A stretch of DNA of 64,000 nucleotides from an uncultured Candidatus Saccharibacteria bacterium (GCA_964565195.1 CAZMCQ010000005.1:30697-94696); one strand, 5' to 3'; shown: positions 10,192-20,601, counted from the first letter of the stretch. The notes: a model not told the origin generated them from the sequence alone. Numbers and translations are program-made.

Positions 10192-11947
10192 CGCGGAATT
10201 GCATTTCGTAGAGGCGGTGGTAGATCGAATCTTTTTTGATAAGTTTGCGGTGGGTGCCTTGGGCCACGATCTTGCCGTCGTCAAAGACCAGAATTTTATC
10301 AGCGCGGAGCACGGTCGAAAGCCGATGCGCGATGATAATCGTTGTGGTATTTTTCATCAGTTCCTCGGTCGCGGCGGCAACGAGCCGCTCGGACTCTGTA
10401 TCCAGATGCGAGGTTGCTTCGTCGAGGATGAGGATGGGCGGCTTTTTGAGCAGCGCGCGGGCAATGCCGACTCTTTGCCGCTCGCCGCCGGAGAGCTTGA
10501 TGCCGCGTTCGCCGACCAGAGTAGCATAGCCGGCAGGCAGATTTTTGATGAAGTCGTGCGCGTGCGCCAGGCGCGCGGCCGTTTCGATTTCCTTTGCCGC
10601 GGCCCCGGGTTTGCCATAACTGATGTTCTGCGCCACTGTCCGGCTGAAGAGATCCACCTCCTGCGGCACGATGGCGATTTGCTCGCGCAAACTTTCCTGG
10701 GTTACGTCGCGAAGATCCTCGCCGTCAATAAGAATGCCGCCTTTTTCCGGGTCGTACGAACGGAGCAGCAGATTGATGAACGTGGTCTTGCCCGAGCCCG
10801 ACCGGCCGACTGCCGCGATGACGTTTTTTGCGGGAATAACGATGTCAATATTTTTTAGTACCCAGTCAGTTTTTGAAGAATAACGAAACCAGACATTTTC
10901 AAAGCGGATCTCGTGTTGCAGGGGGCGCAGGATTTTGGCGTCGGGTTTGTCCACGACATGACGCGGCTCGTCAATGAGCTGGAAAAGCCGCTCGGCCCGT
11001 GCCGCGTTGCGCCGCGTGCGGGGAAAAGCGACCGAGAGCTGCGCGAGCGGCTGGTAGGCCATATTCTGCAGGGTCACATAGAAAACAAATTCGCCGACTG
11101 TGGCGCGGCCGGAGAGCGCGAGCCAGCCGGCAAGCCCGATCACCAACACACGGCCCGCGGTGGCGATGGTGGTTTGCAGCGATTCGATGAGGGCCCAGGC
11201 GCGCTCGCCGGAATATTGGGTCTGCCGCGCCTCTCCGCGTAAGCTGCGCTCGCGCGCGATCTCCTCGGTCTCGCGCGAGAATTTTTTTACGGTGAGCACA
11301 TTGCTCGCCACATCATACTCCTCCCGCGCCGCGTCTTCAAACTGCGCATTCGCCCGCGCCTCAATTTCATAGATGCGCTGACTCAACCTGCGCACGAGCA
11401 GCGCGTAGATCGGCAGGGGCAGGAACACCGTGAGCGCGACGAGCGGATTTTTATAAATCAGCACGCTGATGACGCCGACAAAGATAATCACCGGCGGCAG
11501 CAGGTGCTGGCCGATCACGTCATTCAGAATGGCATACACGCCGGTGGCGCCGCGGTCAATCCGGCCGATGATCTGCCCGGAACTGGCGCCATGATGGAAG
11601 AGCGCGTGCAGCCGCAGATAATTTTCATACGCCTTAAAGCGCAATTCATCCTCGAGCGCGGTGACCATCACAAAGAGCCGGTAATTGTAAAGCGAGCGCG
11701 CTCCTTGCGCTACGATGGTCGCCAGCAGAATGCCAAGCGCGGCGATGACCAGAAAACGGATGGCAAACGGGATTGGAGTGGAAAATGTGGCGATAAGCTG
11801 ATCAATGAGCGCGCGGGTGATAAACGGCACCGCGATATCCGCTGCCGCGGCCAGGCCGGCGAGCAGCAGCAAAACTGCGAGCATTTTTTTGTAAGCTCGC
11901 AGTTGCAGTAGAATCCGTTGGAATGTTCCGGGCTTCAGCTTTTTCAC
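10175..11947 (-). CDS. ABC transporter, fused permease/ATP-binding protein (MsbA-like exporter)
   Basis: Six predicted N-terminal TM helices, then an ABC domain with GRSGSGKTT (Walker A), LSGGERQRVGIARALL (signature) and ILILDEATSHLD (Walker B). Confidence 0.9.
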   Translation of the reverse strand: MKKLKPGTFQRILLQLRAYKKMLAVLLLLAGLAAAADIAVPFITRALIDQLIATFSTPIPFAIRFLVIAALGILLATIVAQGARSLYNYRLFVMVTALEDELRFKAYENYLRLHALFHHGASSGQIIGRIDRGATGVYAILNDVIGQHLLPPVIIFVGVISVLIYKNPLVALTVFLPLPIYALLVRRLSQRIYEIEARANAQFEDAAREEYDVASNVLTVKKFSRETEEIARERSLRGEARQTQYSGERAWALIESLQTTIATAGRVLVIGLAGWLALSGRATVGEFVFYVTLQNMAYQPLAQLSVAFPRTRRNAARAERLFQLIDEPRHVVDKPDAKILRPLQHEIRFENVWFRYSSKTDWVLKNIDIVIPAKNVIAAVGRSGSGKTTFINLLLRSYDPEKGGILIDGEDLRDVTQESLREQIAIVPQEVDLFSRTVAQNISYGKPGAAAKEIETAARLAHAHDFIKNLPAGYATLVGERGIKLSGGERQRVGIARALLKKPPILILDEATSHLDTESERLVAAATEELMKNTTTIIIAHRLSTVLRADKILVFDDGKIVAQGTHRKLIKKDSIYHRLYEMQFRDEETT

Positions 11948-11951
11948 GGCA

Positions 11952-13229
11952 TTATTTTACCGCAAACAATAAATAAAGAGTAGCCATGCTGGCCGCCGCC
12001 AGCAAAACGACGACTGCCCAGCCCACCAGGGCAGTCGCCGGGCCATTCACAAATTCACGCATTATTTTTTTATCGCTGCTCATTCGGACAACCAGGAATA
12101 AAATAACCGGGGCGATGATACCATTGGCAACGGCGGAGTAGATCAGGGCGCGGATCGGATCAAGGCCCAAAAAATTTGCGGCCAGTCCAAGGAACATTGA
12201 CAGGATGATGACGCCGTAAAAGGCATGCGCGCTTTTGAATTTCCGCCACAGGCCTTCGCGCCAGCCGAAGCTTTCGGAAAGCGCGTAAGCCGCCGAGCCG
12301 GCCAGGATCGGCACGGCGAGGAGGCCGGTGCCGATAATGCCGATGGTGAAAAGCAAATAAGCCGCCGAGCCGGCGATCGGCTGCAAGGCCCGCGCTGCCT
12401 CGGCTGCGGTTTTGATCTCCATGATGCCGTTCGGGAAAAGCGTGACCGCCGCCGCAGTAATGATAAAAAACATCACCAGGTTGGAGATGAACATTCCCCA
12501 CCACACATCCACGCGCATCGTGCGGATTTCTTCCGGCTCCGCAGTCTGCCGGAGGCGGAGATTGGTTTTGCCGCGCGCGATCTCTTCCTCCACTTCCTGG
12601 CTCGTCTGCCAGAAAAAGAGATAGGGAGAGATGGTCGTGCCGAGGACGGCCGTTAACAGCAGAATGTGCTCGCGCGTGAATGAAAACGAGGGAAAAATTC
12701 CGCGGCGCAGCACCTCTGACCAGTCGGGCCGCGCCGCCAGCGCCGAAAAAATGTAGGCAAACAGAATGAAGACCATCCATTTCAGAAAATATGCGTAGCG
12801 TTTGTAAGGGATGGCGATTTCGAGAAGCAAACTTAAAATGGCAAAACCAATGAGCAGCGCACTGAAGTTCCAGGCCGGCTGCAGGAGCTGCGTGGCGCGA
12901 GCCATGGCGCCAAGGTCAGCGCCGATGTTGAAGCTGTTCGCCCCAAACAGCAAAACAGCCATAATATAGAGCACCCATTTCGGATAGTGGATCCGGACGC
13001 TGCCGGCGAGCCCGCGGCCGGTCACGAGGCCGAGGCGGGCGCACATCTCCTGCACCACGGCCATCAGCGGAAACGTCCAGGCCGCGAGCCACAAAAATCC
13101 AAAGCCAAACCGCGCGCCGGCCTGCGAGTAGGTGGCGATGCCGGATGGGTCATCGTCCGCGGCGCCGGTTATGAGGCCGGGCCCGAGTTCATGCCAGAAT
13201 TTTTTGAGTTTGTTCATGGCAGTTCGCAA
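11952..13229 (-). CDS. Nramp-family divalent metal cation transporter (MntH-like)
   Basis: GPGLITGAADDDPSGIATYSQAGARFGFGFLWL matches the Nramp TM1 consensus (DPGN-type motif). A polytopic membrane protein of 425 aa. Confidence 0.75.
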   Translation of the reverse strand: MRTAMNKLKKFWHELGPGLITGAADDDPSGIATYSQAGARFGFGFLWLAAWTFPLMAVVQEMCARLGLVTGRGLAGSVRIHYPKWVLYIMAVLLFGANSFNIGADLGAMARATQLLQPAWNFSALLIGFAILSLLLEIAIPYKRYAYFLKWMVFILFAYIFSALAARPDWSEVLRRGIFPSFSFTREHILLLTAVLGTTISPYLFFWQTSQEVEEEIARGKTNLRLRQTAEPEEIRTMRVDVWWGMFISNLVMFFIITAAAVTLFPNGIMEIKTAAEAARALQPIAGSAAYLLFTIGIIGTGLLAVPILAGSAAYALSESFGWREGLWRKFKSAHAFYGVIILSMFLGLAANFLGLDPIRALIYSAVANGIIAPVILFLVVRMSSDKKIMREFVNGPATALVGWAVVVLLAAASMATLYLLFAVK

Positions 13230-14122
13230 ACTTTTTTGAGTTCCGCGAGATCGGCGGCCGTGGGCGTTTTATTTTCGCCCTGGTTCAAGCGGTACATGAT
13301 GGCCTGCCCATCCTCAACATGCGGCAGGCCAAGCGCGTGGCCGAATTCATGCGCCAGCACGCGCGTGAGTTTTTCCCGGCTGGAGTATTCATAAATGTTG
13401 ATGCGCCGGCCGGCGCGATCTTCCTGGTAAGTTCCTTCCTCAAACTCCTCGCCGCGCGAGGCGCCGACGGTGTTGTACTGCTCGACATTTAGATTGAGTT
13501 CGGTCGCGAGGCGGTTCATGGTCGTGGCGAGCGCATTGATTTTTTCGGCGAGGGCATTCAGCTCGTCCTGCGCGTTTTCTATTGCCGCAAGAGAAGTTTG
13601 CAGGATTCCCTTTTCCCGCTCTAGTTTTTCGTATTCGCCTTTCGGCGCCCCGCCCCGGCTGTTCCAGTCATTGACCCGTTGTTCGTATGCGGCTTTGCGT
13701 TTTTCAAAATCGCTTACCATGGTATCGAGCGCGGCCCTCTCTCGGTCGTACTGATTTTTGAGGAGCGTGTATTGGGCTTTCAGATTTTGGTAAGAATTTT
13801 CCGTGTCGGCAATGACGAGGCCCATCTCGGTTAAAATTTCCGTGGCCGCCTGGCGCGCATCATAGACCAGATTTATCTCGAGGCGGCCGCGGTCAGCATA
13901 ATTAAACAGGTCGCGGCTGATCGGTTTTTCCCAGACGTGTTCGGCTTCACTCAAGGCCGCGAGCAATTCGGCCCGCGCGAGGCCGAACCGCTCGTCGAAC
14001 CTGCCGATGGTATACGCAAGTGGCCGTTGGCACGGCGCGTAAAGCGCCGCGAGCCGCTGCCAGAGGTAGGGCAGGGCGGTCCCGAGCAGGATTAGGACCA
14101 GGAGTCCCCCGATTTTTTGCAT
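13214..14122 (-). CDS. Membrane-anchored zinc metalloprotease (HEXXHXXGXXH, matrixin/M10-like) with a coiled-coil region
   Basis: HEFGHALGLPHVEDGQAIMY zincin motif with a Met-turn. An N-terminal TM helix (MQKIGGLLVLILLGTALPYLW) is taken as the true start at 14122. The long coiled-coil segment is rich in E/K/Q/L. Confidence 0.65.
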   Translation of the reverse strand: MQKIGGLLVLILLGTALPYLWQRLAALYAPCQRPLAYTIGRFDERFGLARAELLAALSEAEHVWEKPISRDLFNYADRGRLEINLVYDARQAATEILTEMGLVIADTENSYQNLKAQYTLLKNQYDRERAALDTMVSDFEKRKAAYEQRVNDWNSRGGAPKGEYEKLEREKGILQTSLAAIENAQDELNALAEKINALATTMNRLATELNLNVEQYNTVGASRGEEFEEGTYQEDRAGRRINIYEYSSREKLTRVLAHEFGHALGLPHVEDGQAIMYRLNQGENKTPTAADLAELKKVCELP

Positions 14123-14141
14123 AACTTTAGTATAACAAAAC

Positions 14142-14897
14142 CTAGGTGATTTTGCGGTAGCGCCAGACCGCCAGTGGCATGAAGACGAGGAGAATGGCTG
14201 CGATCCAGGCCAGGGCAAACCACAGATCATTGCCGACCGGTGTGCCCAGGGCGAGGGCGCGGACGACATTGACCGTGTAGGTGATGGGATTGTGTTCCGC
14301 GAAAGCGCGAATGCCGGCTTTCATCGTGGCCACCGGGACAAAAACCGAACTCGCGAAGGCCAGGGGGAAAACCCAGATGAAACCCGCGGTCTGGGCGGTC
14401 TCCACGTTTTTGACCGCCAGGCCAATCGTGGCCGAGACCCAGGTGAAGGCAAAGCCAAAGAGCACGGTGAGGCCGATGGCCAGCGCAAAATTGCCGAAGC
14501 CGTGCTCAATGCGAAACCCGATAATGTACCCGACGCCGGTCATGAGCAGCACCACGAAGAGGTTGCGAATACTTTCCGTGATGGTGCGGCCGGCCAGCAC
14601 GGCCGAGCGGGCCATGGGCAGGGAGCGGAACCGGTCGATCATGCCACGCGAGAGATCATCCGCCAGGCCCACGCCGGTCATCATCGCGCCAAACAGCACG
14701 GTTTGCACGATGATGCCGGGAATAAGGTAGTTGATATAATTCACGCCCGGGGTCTGGATCGCCCCGCCGAAGACATAGGCAAAGAGCAGCACGAACATCA
14801 CGGGCTGGATGAAGGTAAAAACGATCAGCTGGGGCAGCCGCCGGTAGCGGATCAGATTCCGTTTGATCATTACCCAGATGTCGGAGAGTATTGTCAT
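14142..14897 (-). CDS. ABC-2 type transporter permease
   Basis: 251-aa protein with 6 TM helices, immediately downstream of the ABC ATPase at 14899..16050. Typical DrrB/ABC-2 architecture. Confidence 0.8.
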   Translation of the reverse strand: MTILSDIWVMIKRNLIRYRRLPQLIVFTFIQPVMFVLLFAYVFGGAIQTPGVNYINYLIPGIIVQTVLFGAMMTGVGLADDLSRGMIDRFRSLPMARSAVLAGRTITESIRNLFVVLLMTGVGYIIGFRIEHGFGNFALAIGLTVLFGFAFTWVSATIGLAVKNVETAQTAGFIWVFPLAFASSVFVPVATMKAGIRAFAEHNPITYTVNVVRALALGTPVGNDLWFALAWIAAILLVFMPLAVWRYRKIT

Positions 14898-14898
14898 A

Positions 14899-16050
14899 CT
14901 ATTCGGCGGCGTGGCCCGTCAATTTCATAAAGACATCGTCAAGGGACGGCCGGCGCAGAATAATATCGGAAAGCTTAAGCCGGACGGCATCCAGTTCGCG
15001 GATCACATCCGGTAAAACAGCCGCCCCGCGGCTCACCGGCATGGTGATGATGCCGCTGTTAGAGTCGGCGTGCGGCTCTTCGCTGCCGAATTTCCGGATG
15101 ACGCCAGCCGCTTTTGGCGCCTCACTATGCTGGGTCATGCGAATCTCCAGCACCTCGCCGCCGGCCGCGCGTTTCAATTCATCGGGTGTTCCTTCAGCGA
15201 TGATGTGTCCATGGTCAATGACAAAAATAAAATCCGCGAGCTGGTCGGCCTCTTCCAGATATTGGGTGGTCAGCACGACCGTCGTACCATTGGCCACGAG
15301 ATCGTGAATGATGCGCCAGAGGGCAAAGCGCGAGCGCGGATCGAGCCCGTTGGTCGGCTCGTCCAGAAACAAAATTTTCGGGCGGAAGAGGAGGGAGGCG
15401 GCGAGGTCAAGGCGGCGGCGCATGCCGCCGGAATAGGTTTTGACCGACCGGTCTGCCGCGTCATCCAGTTCAAATTGCTTGAGAAGTTCGGCAGCGCGCG
15501 ACTTGGCATCCGAGGGCCGCAGGTGATAAAGCCGGCCCACCATTTCCAGATTCTCGCGGCCAGTGAGGATCTCGTCTACCGCCGCGAACTGGCCGGCGAG
15601 GCCGATCACGGAGCGAAGCTGCTGCGCATCGCGCTCCACGTCAAAGCCGGCAACACGGGCCCGGCCGGCAGCGGCCGGAAGCAGCGTGGTCAAAATCCGG
15701 ATGAGCGTGGTTTTGCCCGCGCCATTGGGGCCCAAGAGCGCCGCGACCGTGCCGCGCTTTACCTTGAGACTGACTTTGTCCAATGCCAGAATTTTGCCGT
15801 AGGATTTGCTGATGTTTTGCACCTCAATAATGTTTGCGCCTTCGGCGGGAACTGCTGGCGCAGCCGAAACTTCTGGCTTATGTTCCAGAATGATATCAAT
15901 GATGTCATGCACCTGCCAGCCGGCGCCAGTGAGCGCGCTGATGATCTGCGGGGTATCCGCGCCGAGTTTGCGGGCTTCAGTGATGTAATGAATTAAGGGA
16001 TGCTTGGCCATAGGAAAATGAATGATAACAAAAAATCGTCCTTTTGACAA
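14899..16050 (-). CDS. ABC transporter ATP-binding protein (DrrA-like) with an extra N-terminal domain of about 70 aa
   Basis: GPNGAGKTT (Walker A), YSGGMRRRLDLA (signature), LFLDEPTNGLD (Walker B). The N-terminal extension reads HYITEARKLGADTPQIISALTGAGWQVHDI. The start may be the internal MAKHPL. Confidence 0.85.
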   Translation of the reverse strand: MSKGRFFVIIHFPMAKHPLIHYITEARKLGADTPQIISALTGAGWQVHDIIDIILEHKPEVSAAPAVPAEGANIIEVQNISKSYGKILALDKVSLKVKRGTVAALLGPNGAGKTTLIRILTTLLPAAAGRARVAGFDVERDAQQLRSVIGLAGQFAAVDEILTGRENLEMVGRLYHLRPSDAKSRAAELLKQFELDDAADRSVKTYSGGMRRRLDLAASLLFRPKILFLDEPTNGLDPRSRFALWRIIHDLVANGTTVVLTTQYLEEADQLADFIFVIDHGHIIAEGTPDELKRAAGGEVLEIRMTQHSEAPKAAGVIRKFGSEEPHADSNSGIITMPVSRGAAVLPDVIRELDAVRLKLSDIILRRPSLDDVFMKLTGHAAE

Positions 16051-16060
16051 GGGTCATCGC

Positions 16061-16086
16061 CAACGGCTCAACGCGTTGAGCCGTTG
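16061..16086. promoter_or_regulatory. 26-bp perfect palindrome (CAACGGCTCAACG|CGTTGAGCCGTTG) followed by a T-run
   Basis: 13-bp arms with no loop, then attttttgtcatttttttgc. It lies in the divergent region between the ABC operon start (16050) and tRNA-Glu. It could be a terminator-like hairpin or an operator. Confidence 0.5.
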
Positions 16087-16137
16087 ATTTTTTGTCATTT
16101 TTTTGCTAAATTTACTCTCGTTCCCCTAATAAAAGGG

Positions 16138-16168
16138 TTCCCGAAAAATGCGCAGCATTTTTCGGGAA
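16138..16168. promoter_or_regulatory. Perfect 14-bp-arm palindrome TTCCCGAAAAATGC-gca-GCATTTTTCGGGAA
   Basis: The second perfect inverted repeat in the same 190-bp intergenic region, 70 nt upstream of tRNA-Glu. Confidence 0.5.
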
Positions 16169-16237
16169 GAGGAGCAATCGCGGAGCGAGAGAGGATGGTT
16201 TTTAGTCAATCCGAACAAGCGAAGCGCATTGCGACGT

Positions 16238-16315
16238 GGCGCCATCGTCTAGTCTGGTCCAGGACACGAGCTTTTCAAGCTTGGTACCCGGGTTCGAATC
16301 CCGGTGGCGCCACCA
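16238..16315 (+). tRNA. tRNA-Glu (anticodon UUC), CCA encoded
   Basis: Acceptor stem GGCGCCA/TGGCGCC, anticodon loop TTTTCAA (TTC), T-arm GGTTCGAATCC, 3' ACCA. Confidence 0.9.
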
Positions 16316-16468
16316 AATGGAAAATGTCAAACCCTCGTCCCACCTGCAGCAGGACTCGGCAACCAAATCATAAGGTTTTTTGGGCTCAAAAATCAGGTGG
16401 CGATTCTGTAAAATGTGGTTCGAGCCGATATTTTTAAGAAATGTTGTCATTTCTGGTTTTGAAACACG

Positions 16469-16497
16469 GGCGGGACATCGGTCTCGCCTGTTTTTTT
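16469..16497 (+). terminator. Rho-independent terminator after tRNA-Glu
   Basis: ggcgggacatcggtctcgcc stem-loop followed by TTTTTTT. Confidence 0.6.
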
Positions 16498-16543
16498 ATC
16501 AATTCTCATTTACAAAAGCGCTGATTTAACATATGATTTATCG

Positions 16544-18319
16544 ATGAATAACATTAGAAACGTAGCAATTATCGCGCATGTGGACCACGGCAAGACCACG
16601 CTCGTGGATGCGCTGCTGCGCCAGTCCAACACCAAGCTTCAGAAAGATACTGATGCGGCCGGCCTCATCATGGATTCCAATGAACTCGAGCGCGAGCGTG
16701 GCATCACGATTTTTTCCAAAAATGCCGCGGTACGCTGGAAGGATGTAAAAATAAACATCATTGATACGCCTGGCCACGCGGATTTTGGCGGCGAGGTGGA
16801 GCGGGTTTTGCAGATGGCGGACGGCTGTTTGCTTTTGGTGGACGCGAAAGAAGGGCCGATGCCGCAGACGCGCTTCGTTTTGAAGCGCGCCCTCGAGATT
16901 GGCCTGAAAATTATTGTCATTATAAATAAAATTGACAGGCCGGATGAGCGGCACTCGTTTGTGTTGGATAAAACTTTTGAGCTGTTTTTAGAGCTCAGCG
17001 CGTCTGATAAGACGGCGGATTTTCCGGTGCTGTACGCCTCGGCCAAGCAGGGCCTCGCCGGGCCGGAACCGGATGTGTCCAAGATGACTGATATTGCGCC
17101 GGTGTTTGAGGCGATCCTGCAGCATATCCCGCCGCCAGTCGGCGATCCGGAAAAACCCCTGCAGATGCTCGCCACAATGCTTTCCCCGGACAATTTCAAG
17201 GGCCGCGTTGCCACGGGCCGGATTCACCACGGCCGTGTGAAAGCCGGCCAGGAAGTAACGCATTTGAGTCGCGCTGGTGAACAGAAGAAATATCGTTTGG
17301 TTTCGCTTATGACGTTTGAAGGGCTGGGGCGGGTGGAGACCCGGCAAGCGCAAGCCGGCGACATCATTGCCGTGGCCGGGGTTCCGGATATCGTGATCGG
17401 CGAAACTATCGCTGATCCCAACGCGCCGCAGGCCTTGCCGCTTCTCGATATTGAGCAGCCGACAGTGAAGATGACCTTTGCGGTCAATGACTCGCCGTTT
17501 GCCGGCCAGGAAGGCAAGTTTTCCACTTCAAGGCAGATCCGCGAGCGGCTTTATAAGGAACTCGAGACTGATATGGCCCTGCGCGTGGAAGACGCCGGCG
17601 CCTCGGCTTGGGTGGTTTCGGGCCGCGGTGAGCTGCACTTGGCGATTTTCATCGAGCGGCTGCGCCGCGAAGGATTTGAGCTTCAGGTCTCACGTCCGCA
17701 GGTCATCGAAAAAATCGTCAGCGGCAAAAAGCTCGTGCCGTTCGAGCGGGTATTTATCGAAGTGCCGGAGCAGTATGTCGGCGCAGTGATTCAGAAACTT
17801 GGCTCGCGTCACGGCCAGATGCAGGATTTGCGCACCGAAAAAGGCGTGGGCTATCTGGAATTTACTATTCCGACGCGCGGCCTTTTCGGCTACCGCAGTG
17901 AGTTTCTCAACGACGCGCACGGCCTGGGTATAATGAACAGCAACTTTTATGAATACGGCGAGGACACGGGGCAGTGGCGCGAGCGCGACCAGGGTTCGCT
18001 CGTCGCGCACGAGACCGGCACGACCAATCTGTATGGCCTCCTGAACGTGCAGGAACGGGGCGTATTATTTGTCGGTCCAGGAATAGCTGTTTACAAAGAC
18101 CAGGTTGTGGGGCAGAACGCGCGCGGCGGCGATATGAGCGTCAATGTCTGCAAAGAAAAACAGCTTTCCAATATGCGCTCCAAAGGTGAGGGCACGACCA
18201 GGCATTTTGACGCGCCGCGCGTGATGGGCCTCGAGGACGCGCTCGAATACATCGGCGACGACGAACTCGTCGAGGTGACGCCAAAGAGTATTCGGATCAG
18301 GAAGATAAAACTGCTATAA
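16544..18319 (+). CDS. typA: Translational GTPase TypA/BipA
   Basis: [23 protein letters not shown] (G1), [14 protein letters not shown] (G3), NKIDRP (G4). Length 591 aa with EF-G-like domains. Confidence 0.92.
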   Translation: MNNIRNVAIIAHVDHGKTTLVDALLRQSNTKLQKDTDAAGLIMDSNELERERGITIFSKNAAVRWKDVKINIIDTPGHADFGGEVERVLQMADGCLLLVDAKEGPMPQTRFVLKRALEIGLKIIVIINKIDRPDERHSFVLDKTFELFLELSASDKTADFPVLYASAKQGLAGPEPDVSKMTDIAPVFEAILQHIPPPVGDPEKPLQMLATMLSPDNFKGRVATGRIHHGRVKAGQEVTHLSRAGEQKKYRLVSLMTFEGLGRVETRQAQAGDIIAVAGVPDIVIGETIADPNAPQALPLLDIEQPTVKMTFAVNDSPFAGQEGKFSTSRQIRERLYKELETDMALRVEDAGASAWVVSGRGELHLAIFIERLRREGFELQVSRPQVIEKIVSGKKLVPFERVFIEVPEQYVGAVIQKLGSRHGQMQDLRTEKGVGYLEFTIPTRGLFGYRSEFLNDAHGLGIMNSNFYEYGEDTGQWRERDQGSLVAHETGTTNLYGLLNVQERGVLFVGPGIAVYKDQVVGQNARGGDMSVNVCKEKQLSNMRSKGEGTTRHFDAPRVMGLEDALEYIGDDELVEVTPKSIRIRKIKLL

Positions 18320-18330
18320 TTAAAGCCAGC

Positions 18331-18936
18331 ATGGCAAAGAAGCGCAAAATCAAGGCAGTGGTTTTCGACCTCGGCGGAGTTGTGGTGCATGGTGGCTATC
18401 TGGATTTCCTCCGGCACTATGTGCGCGGTGCGCTCTCCGGCCGCGGCAAAAAGAAAATCGAGCAGCTCGAGCGCGAGGTCAACCTCGGTTTTATCACGGA
18501 AAAGGAATTTTATGAGGAAATTCAGCGCGTTTTTGATGTACATATGACACCAAAGCAAATGCATAGGGTCATCGTGAAAAAGATGCGCGCGGACCGCGGG
18601 CTTTTGCACCTTCTGCCAAAACTAAAACGCAGCAAGATTGCCATGTTCACGAACACGATCGGGCATATGGGTTCGGAGGTGCTGCGCCGCCGCCGCATTC
18701 CGGCGCGAAAACTTTTTTCGCATGTCTTCCAGTCGTATATCATTCACCACGCCAAGCCAGACCGCGCGGCCTATCAGTATATTTTACACAAGTTAAAGGT
18801 AAAACCGCGCGCGGCCCTGATGGTGGATGACCGTTTGGCGAATATTCGCGGGGCGCGGAAAGTGGGCATGAACGGCATTGTCTATAAAAATTCGCGGCAA
18901 TTCCGTAAAGCCCTTCAGCATTATGAGCTAGTCTGA
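18331..18936 (+). CDS. HAD-superfamily hydrolase
   Basis: N-terminal KAVVFDLGGVVV (DxG motif I) and the C-terminal MVDDRLANIRGARKVGM motif typical of the HAD fold. Confidence 0.7.
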   Translation: MAKKRKIKAVVFDLGGVVVHGGYLDFLRHYVRGALSGRGKKKIEQLEREVNLGFITEKEFYEEIQRVFDVHMTPKQMHRVIVKKMRADRGLLHLLPKLKRSKIAMFTNTIGHMGSEVLRRRRIPARKLFSHVFQSYIIHHAKPDRAAYQYILHKLKVKPRAALMVDDRLANIRGARKVGMNGIVYKNSRQFRKALQHYELV

Positions 18937-18937
18937 A

Positions 18938-19534
18938 ATGCCGAAAGCCCGGATTATTAAGGCCGAGAATTTGTCGCCCTCGGTCAAACTCTACACCTGC
19001 CAAGCCCTGTCCCGGGGTTTTTCATTTCTGCCCGGGCAGTTTTTCACTTTCCTGCCGGTGTTGCGCGCCTATTCGTTTTGCTCGCTGCCCGAGGAGCTGC
19101 CGCAGTTCGAGATCTGCGTGCGGGACGAGGGCCCGGGCCTTGGCGTGAATTTTTTAAAAAATAATCTGGGCAGGGCCGTTGCGGTAAGCGAGCCGCAGGG
19201 GTCCTTTGTATTGCCTGCCCAACAAACGGAATTGACCTTCATTGCCGCCGGCGTCGGCATCGCGCCGGTGCGACCTATGCTGCGCGCCTGGTTTGAGAAA
19301 TATCCGGACGCGAAAGCCACGCTGTATTATAAATCGCGGCTGGGGGAAAATTTGTTTGGGGAAGAATTCAAGGAGTTAGCCGACAAGCATCCCCTTTCCA
19401 TTTCTCGGGATTTTCCAGCGGCAAGAAATTCGCAGGTATTTGTAGTCGGTTCCCCGGAATTTGTAACGAGCAGTATTCGCAAGCTTGAGGAAATCGGCTA
19501 CAATAAAGCCGACATTAATTTCGACATATGGTAA
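18938..19534 (+). CDS. FAD/NAD(P)-binding oxidoreductase, ferredoxin-NADP reductase-like
   Basis: RAYS (RxYS FAD-binding motif) and AAGVGIAPVRPML (NAD-binding GxGxxP). It overlaps the trxB start by 7 nt. Confidence 0.5.
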   Translation: MPKARIIKAENLSPSVKLYTCQALSRGFSFLPGQFFTFLPVLRAYSFCSLPEELPQFEICVRDEGPGLGVNFLKNNLGRAVAVSEPQGSFVLPAQQTELTFIAAGVGIAPVRPMLRAWFEKYPDAKATLYYKSRLGENLFGEEFKELADKHPLSISRDFPAARNSQVFVVGSPEFVTSSIRKLEEIGYNKADINFDIW

Positions 19535-20448
19535 GAAAATTGATAATCATCGGGTCCGGGCCGGCGGGGCTGACAGCTGCGATTTATGCCGCGCGGGCGG
19601 AACTGAAACCGCTGCTTATCGCCGGCATGACTTACGGCGGGCAGCTCATGCTCACGACTGATGTGGGAAATTATCCTGGCTTCATTGAGGATATCAAAGG
19701 GCCGGAGCTTATTGACCGGATGCTGAAACAGGCCCAGCGCTTTGGCGCTGAAGTAGTATTTGATAACGCGATAAAGGTCGACTTTCAGAATAAGCCGTTC
19801 AAAGTCATGACTGACAAAGAAACTTATGAAGCAGAATCTGTTATTCTGGCCACTGGCGCGGATGCGAAATGGCTCGGCCTCGAAAGCGAGCAGCGGCTGC
19901 GGGGCAAGGGCGTTTCCTCCTGCGCGACCTGCGACGGATTTTTCTTTAAGGGCAAAGACGTGGTCGTGGTCGGCGGCGGGGACACGGCCATGGAGGACGC
20001 GACTTTTCTTACCAAATTTGCCAGCGAAGTGACGATCATTCACCGCCGCAACACTTTGCGGGCGTCGAAAATAATGCAAAAGCGCGCGATGGAAAACCCG
20101 AAGATAAAATTGATTTATGATACAGAAGTGGTGGAAGTCTTGGGCGAGAGTGAAGTAAGAGGGGTTAAACTTAAGAACGTAAGAACGAAAGAACTTAAGA
20201 ACCTGGAAGTCCAGGGATTGTTCGTGGCCATTGGCCACGTGCCGAACACGAAATTTTTACAAGGGTCAGGCGTGGAGATAGACCAAAAAGGTTATATCAA
20301 AATCTACGACGAAAGCCGGACCAACATTGAGGGCGTGTTTGTCTCGGGCGATGTGCACGATTTCCGCTACCGCCAGGCCGTTACTGCCGCCGGCGCGGGC
20401 TGTAAAGCGGCGATGGACGCGGAAAAGTATTTGGCTGAACAGAAATAG
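19528..20448 (+). CDS. trxB: Thioredoxin-disulfide reductase
   Basis: IIGSGPAGLTAAIYAAR (FAD GxGxxG), the redox-active CATCDG motif, VVGGGDTAMEDA (NADPH-binding). Confidence 0.93.
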   Translation: MVRKLIIIGSGPAGLTAAIYAARAELKPLLIAGMTYGGQLMLTTDVGNYPGFIEDIKGPELIDRMLKQAQRFGAEVVFDNAIKVDFQNKPFKVMTDKETYEAESVILATGADAKWLGLESEQRLRGKGVSSCATCDGFFFKGKDVVVVGGGDTAMEDATFLTKFASEVTIIHRRNTLRASKIMQKRAMENPKIKLIYDTEVVEVLGESEVRGVKLKNVRTKELKNLEVQGLFVAIGHVPNTKFLQGSGVEIDQKGYIKIYDESRTNIEGVFVSGDVHDFRYRQAVTAAGAGCKAAMDAEKYLAEQK

Positions 20449-20530
20449 TTGATAGAGTTTTGGTCTATATTAATGTGTTAACACGTTAATATAAGTAAGT
20501 AATTTTGAGCATGGAACAAAAGAAGGGGAA

Positions 20531-20576
20531 GAAAAAAAATACGGCCTCGGGAACTTGCGAAGGGTTCCCCGAGGCC
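20531..20576 (-). terminator. Rho-independent terminator (minus strand) downstream of ORF 20602..21009
   Basis: GGCCTCGGGAAC-ttgcgaagg-GTTCCCCGAGGCC hairpin. The A8 run on the + strand gives a T8 run after the stem on the minus strand. Confidence 0.7.
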
Positions 20577-20601
20577 GTGCTTGATTACGGGCCGGCCACC
20601 A

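Noticed and set aside
12160-12780. 206-aa minus-strand ORF and 143-aa + ORF inside the Nramp gene
   Set aside because: They are alternative frames or antisense of a well-supported membrane transporter ORF.
16084-16437. + strand 117-aa ORF spanning tRNA-Glu
   Set aside because: It reads straight through the tRNA-Glu gene and starts with TTG inside a palindrome, so it is an artefact.
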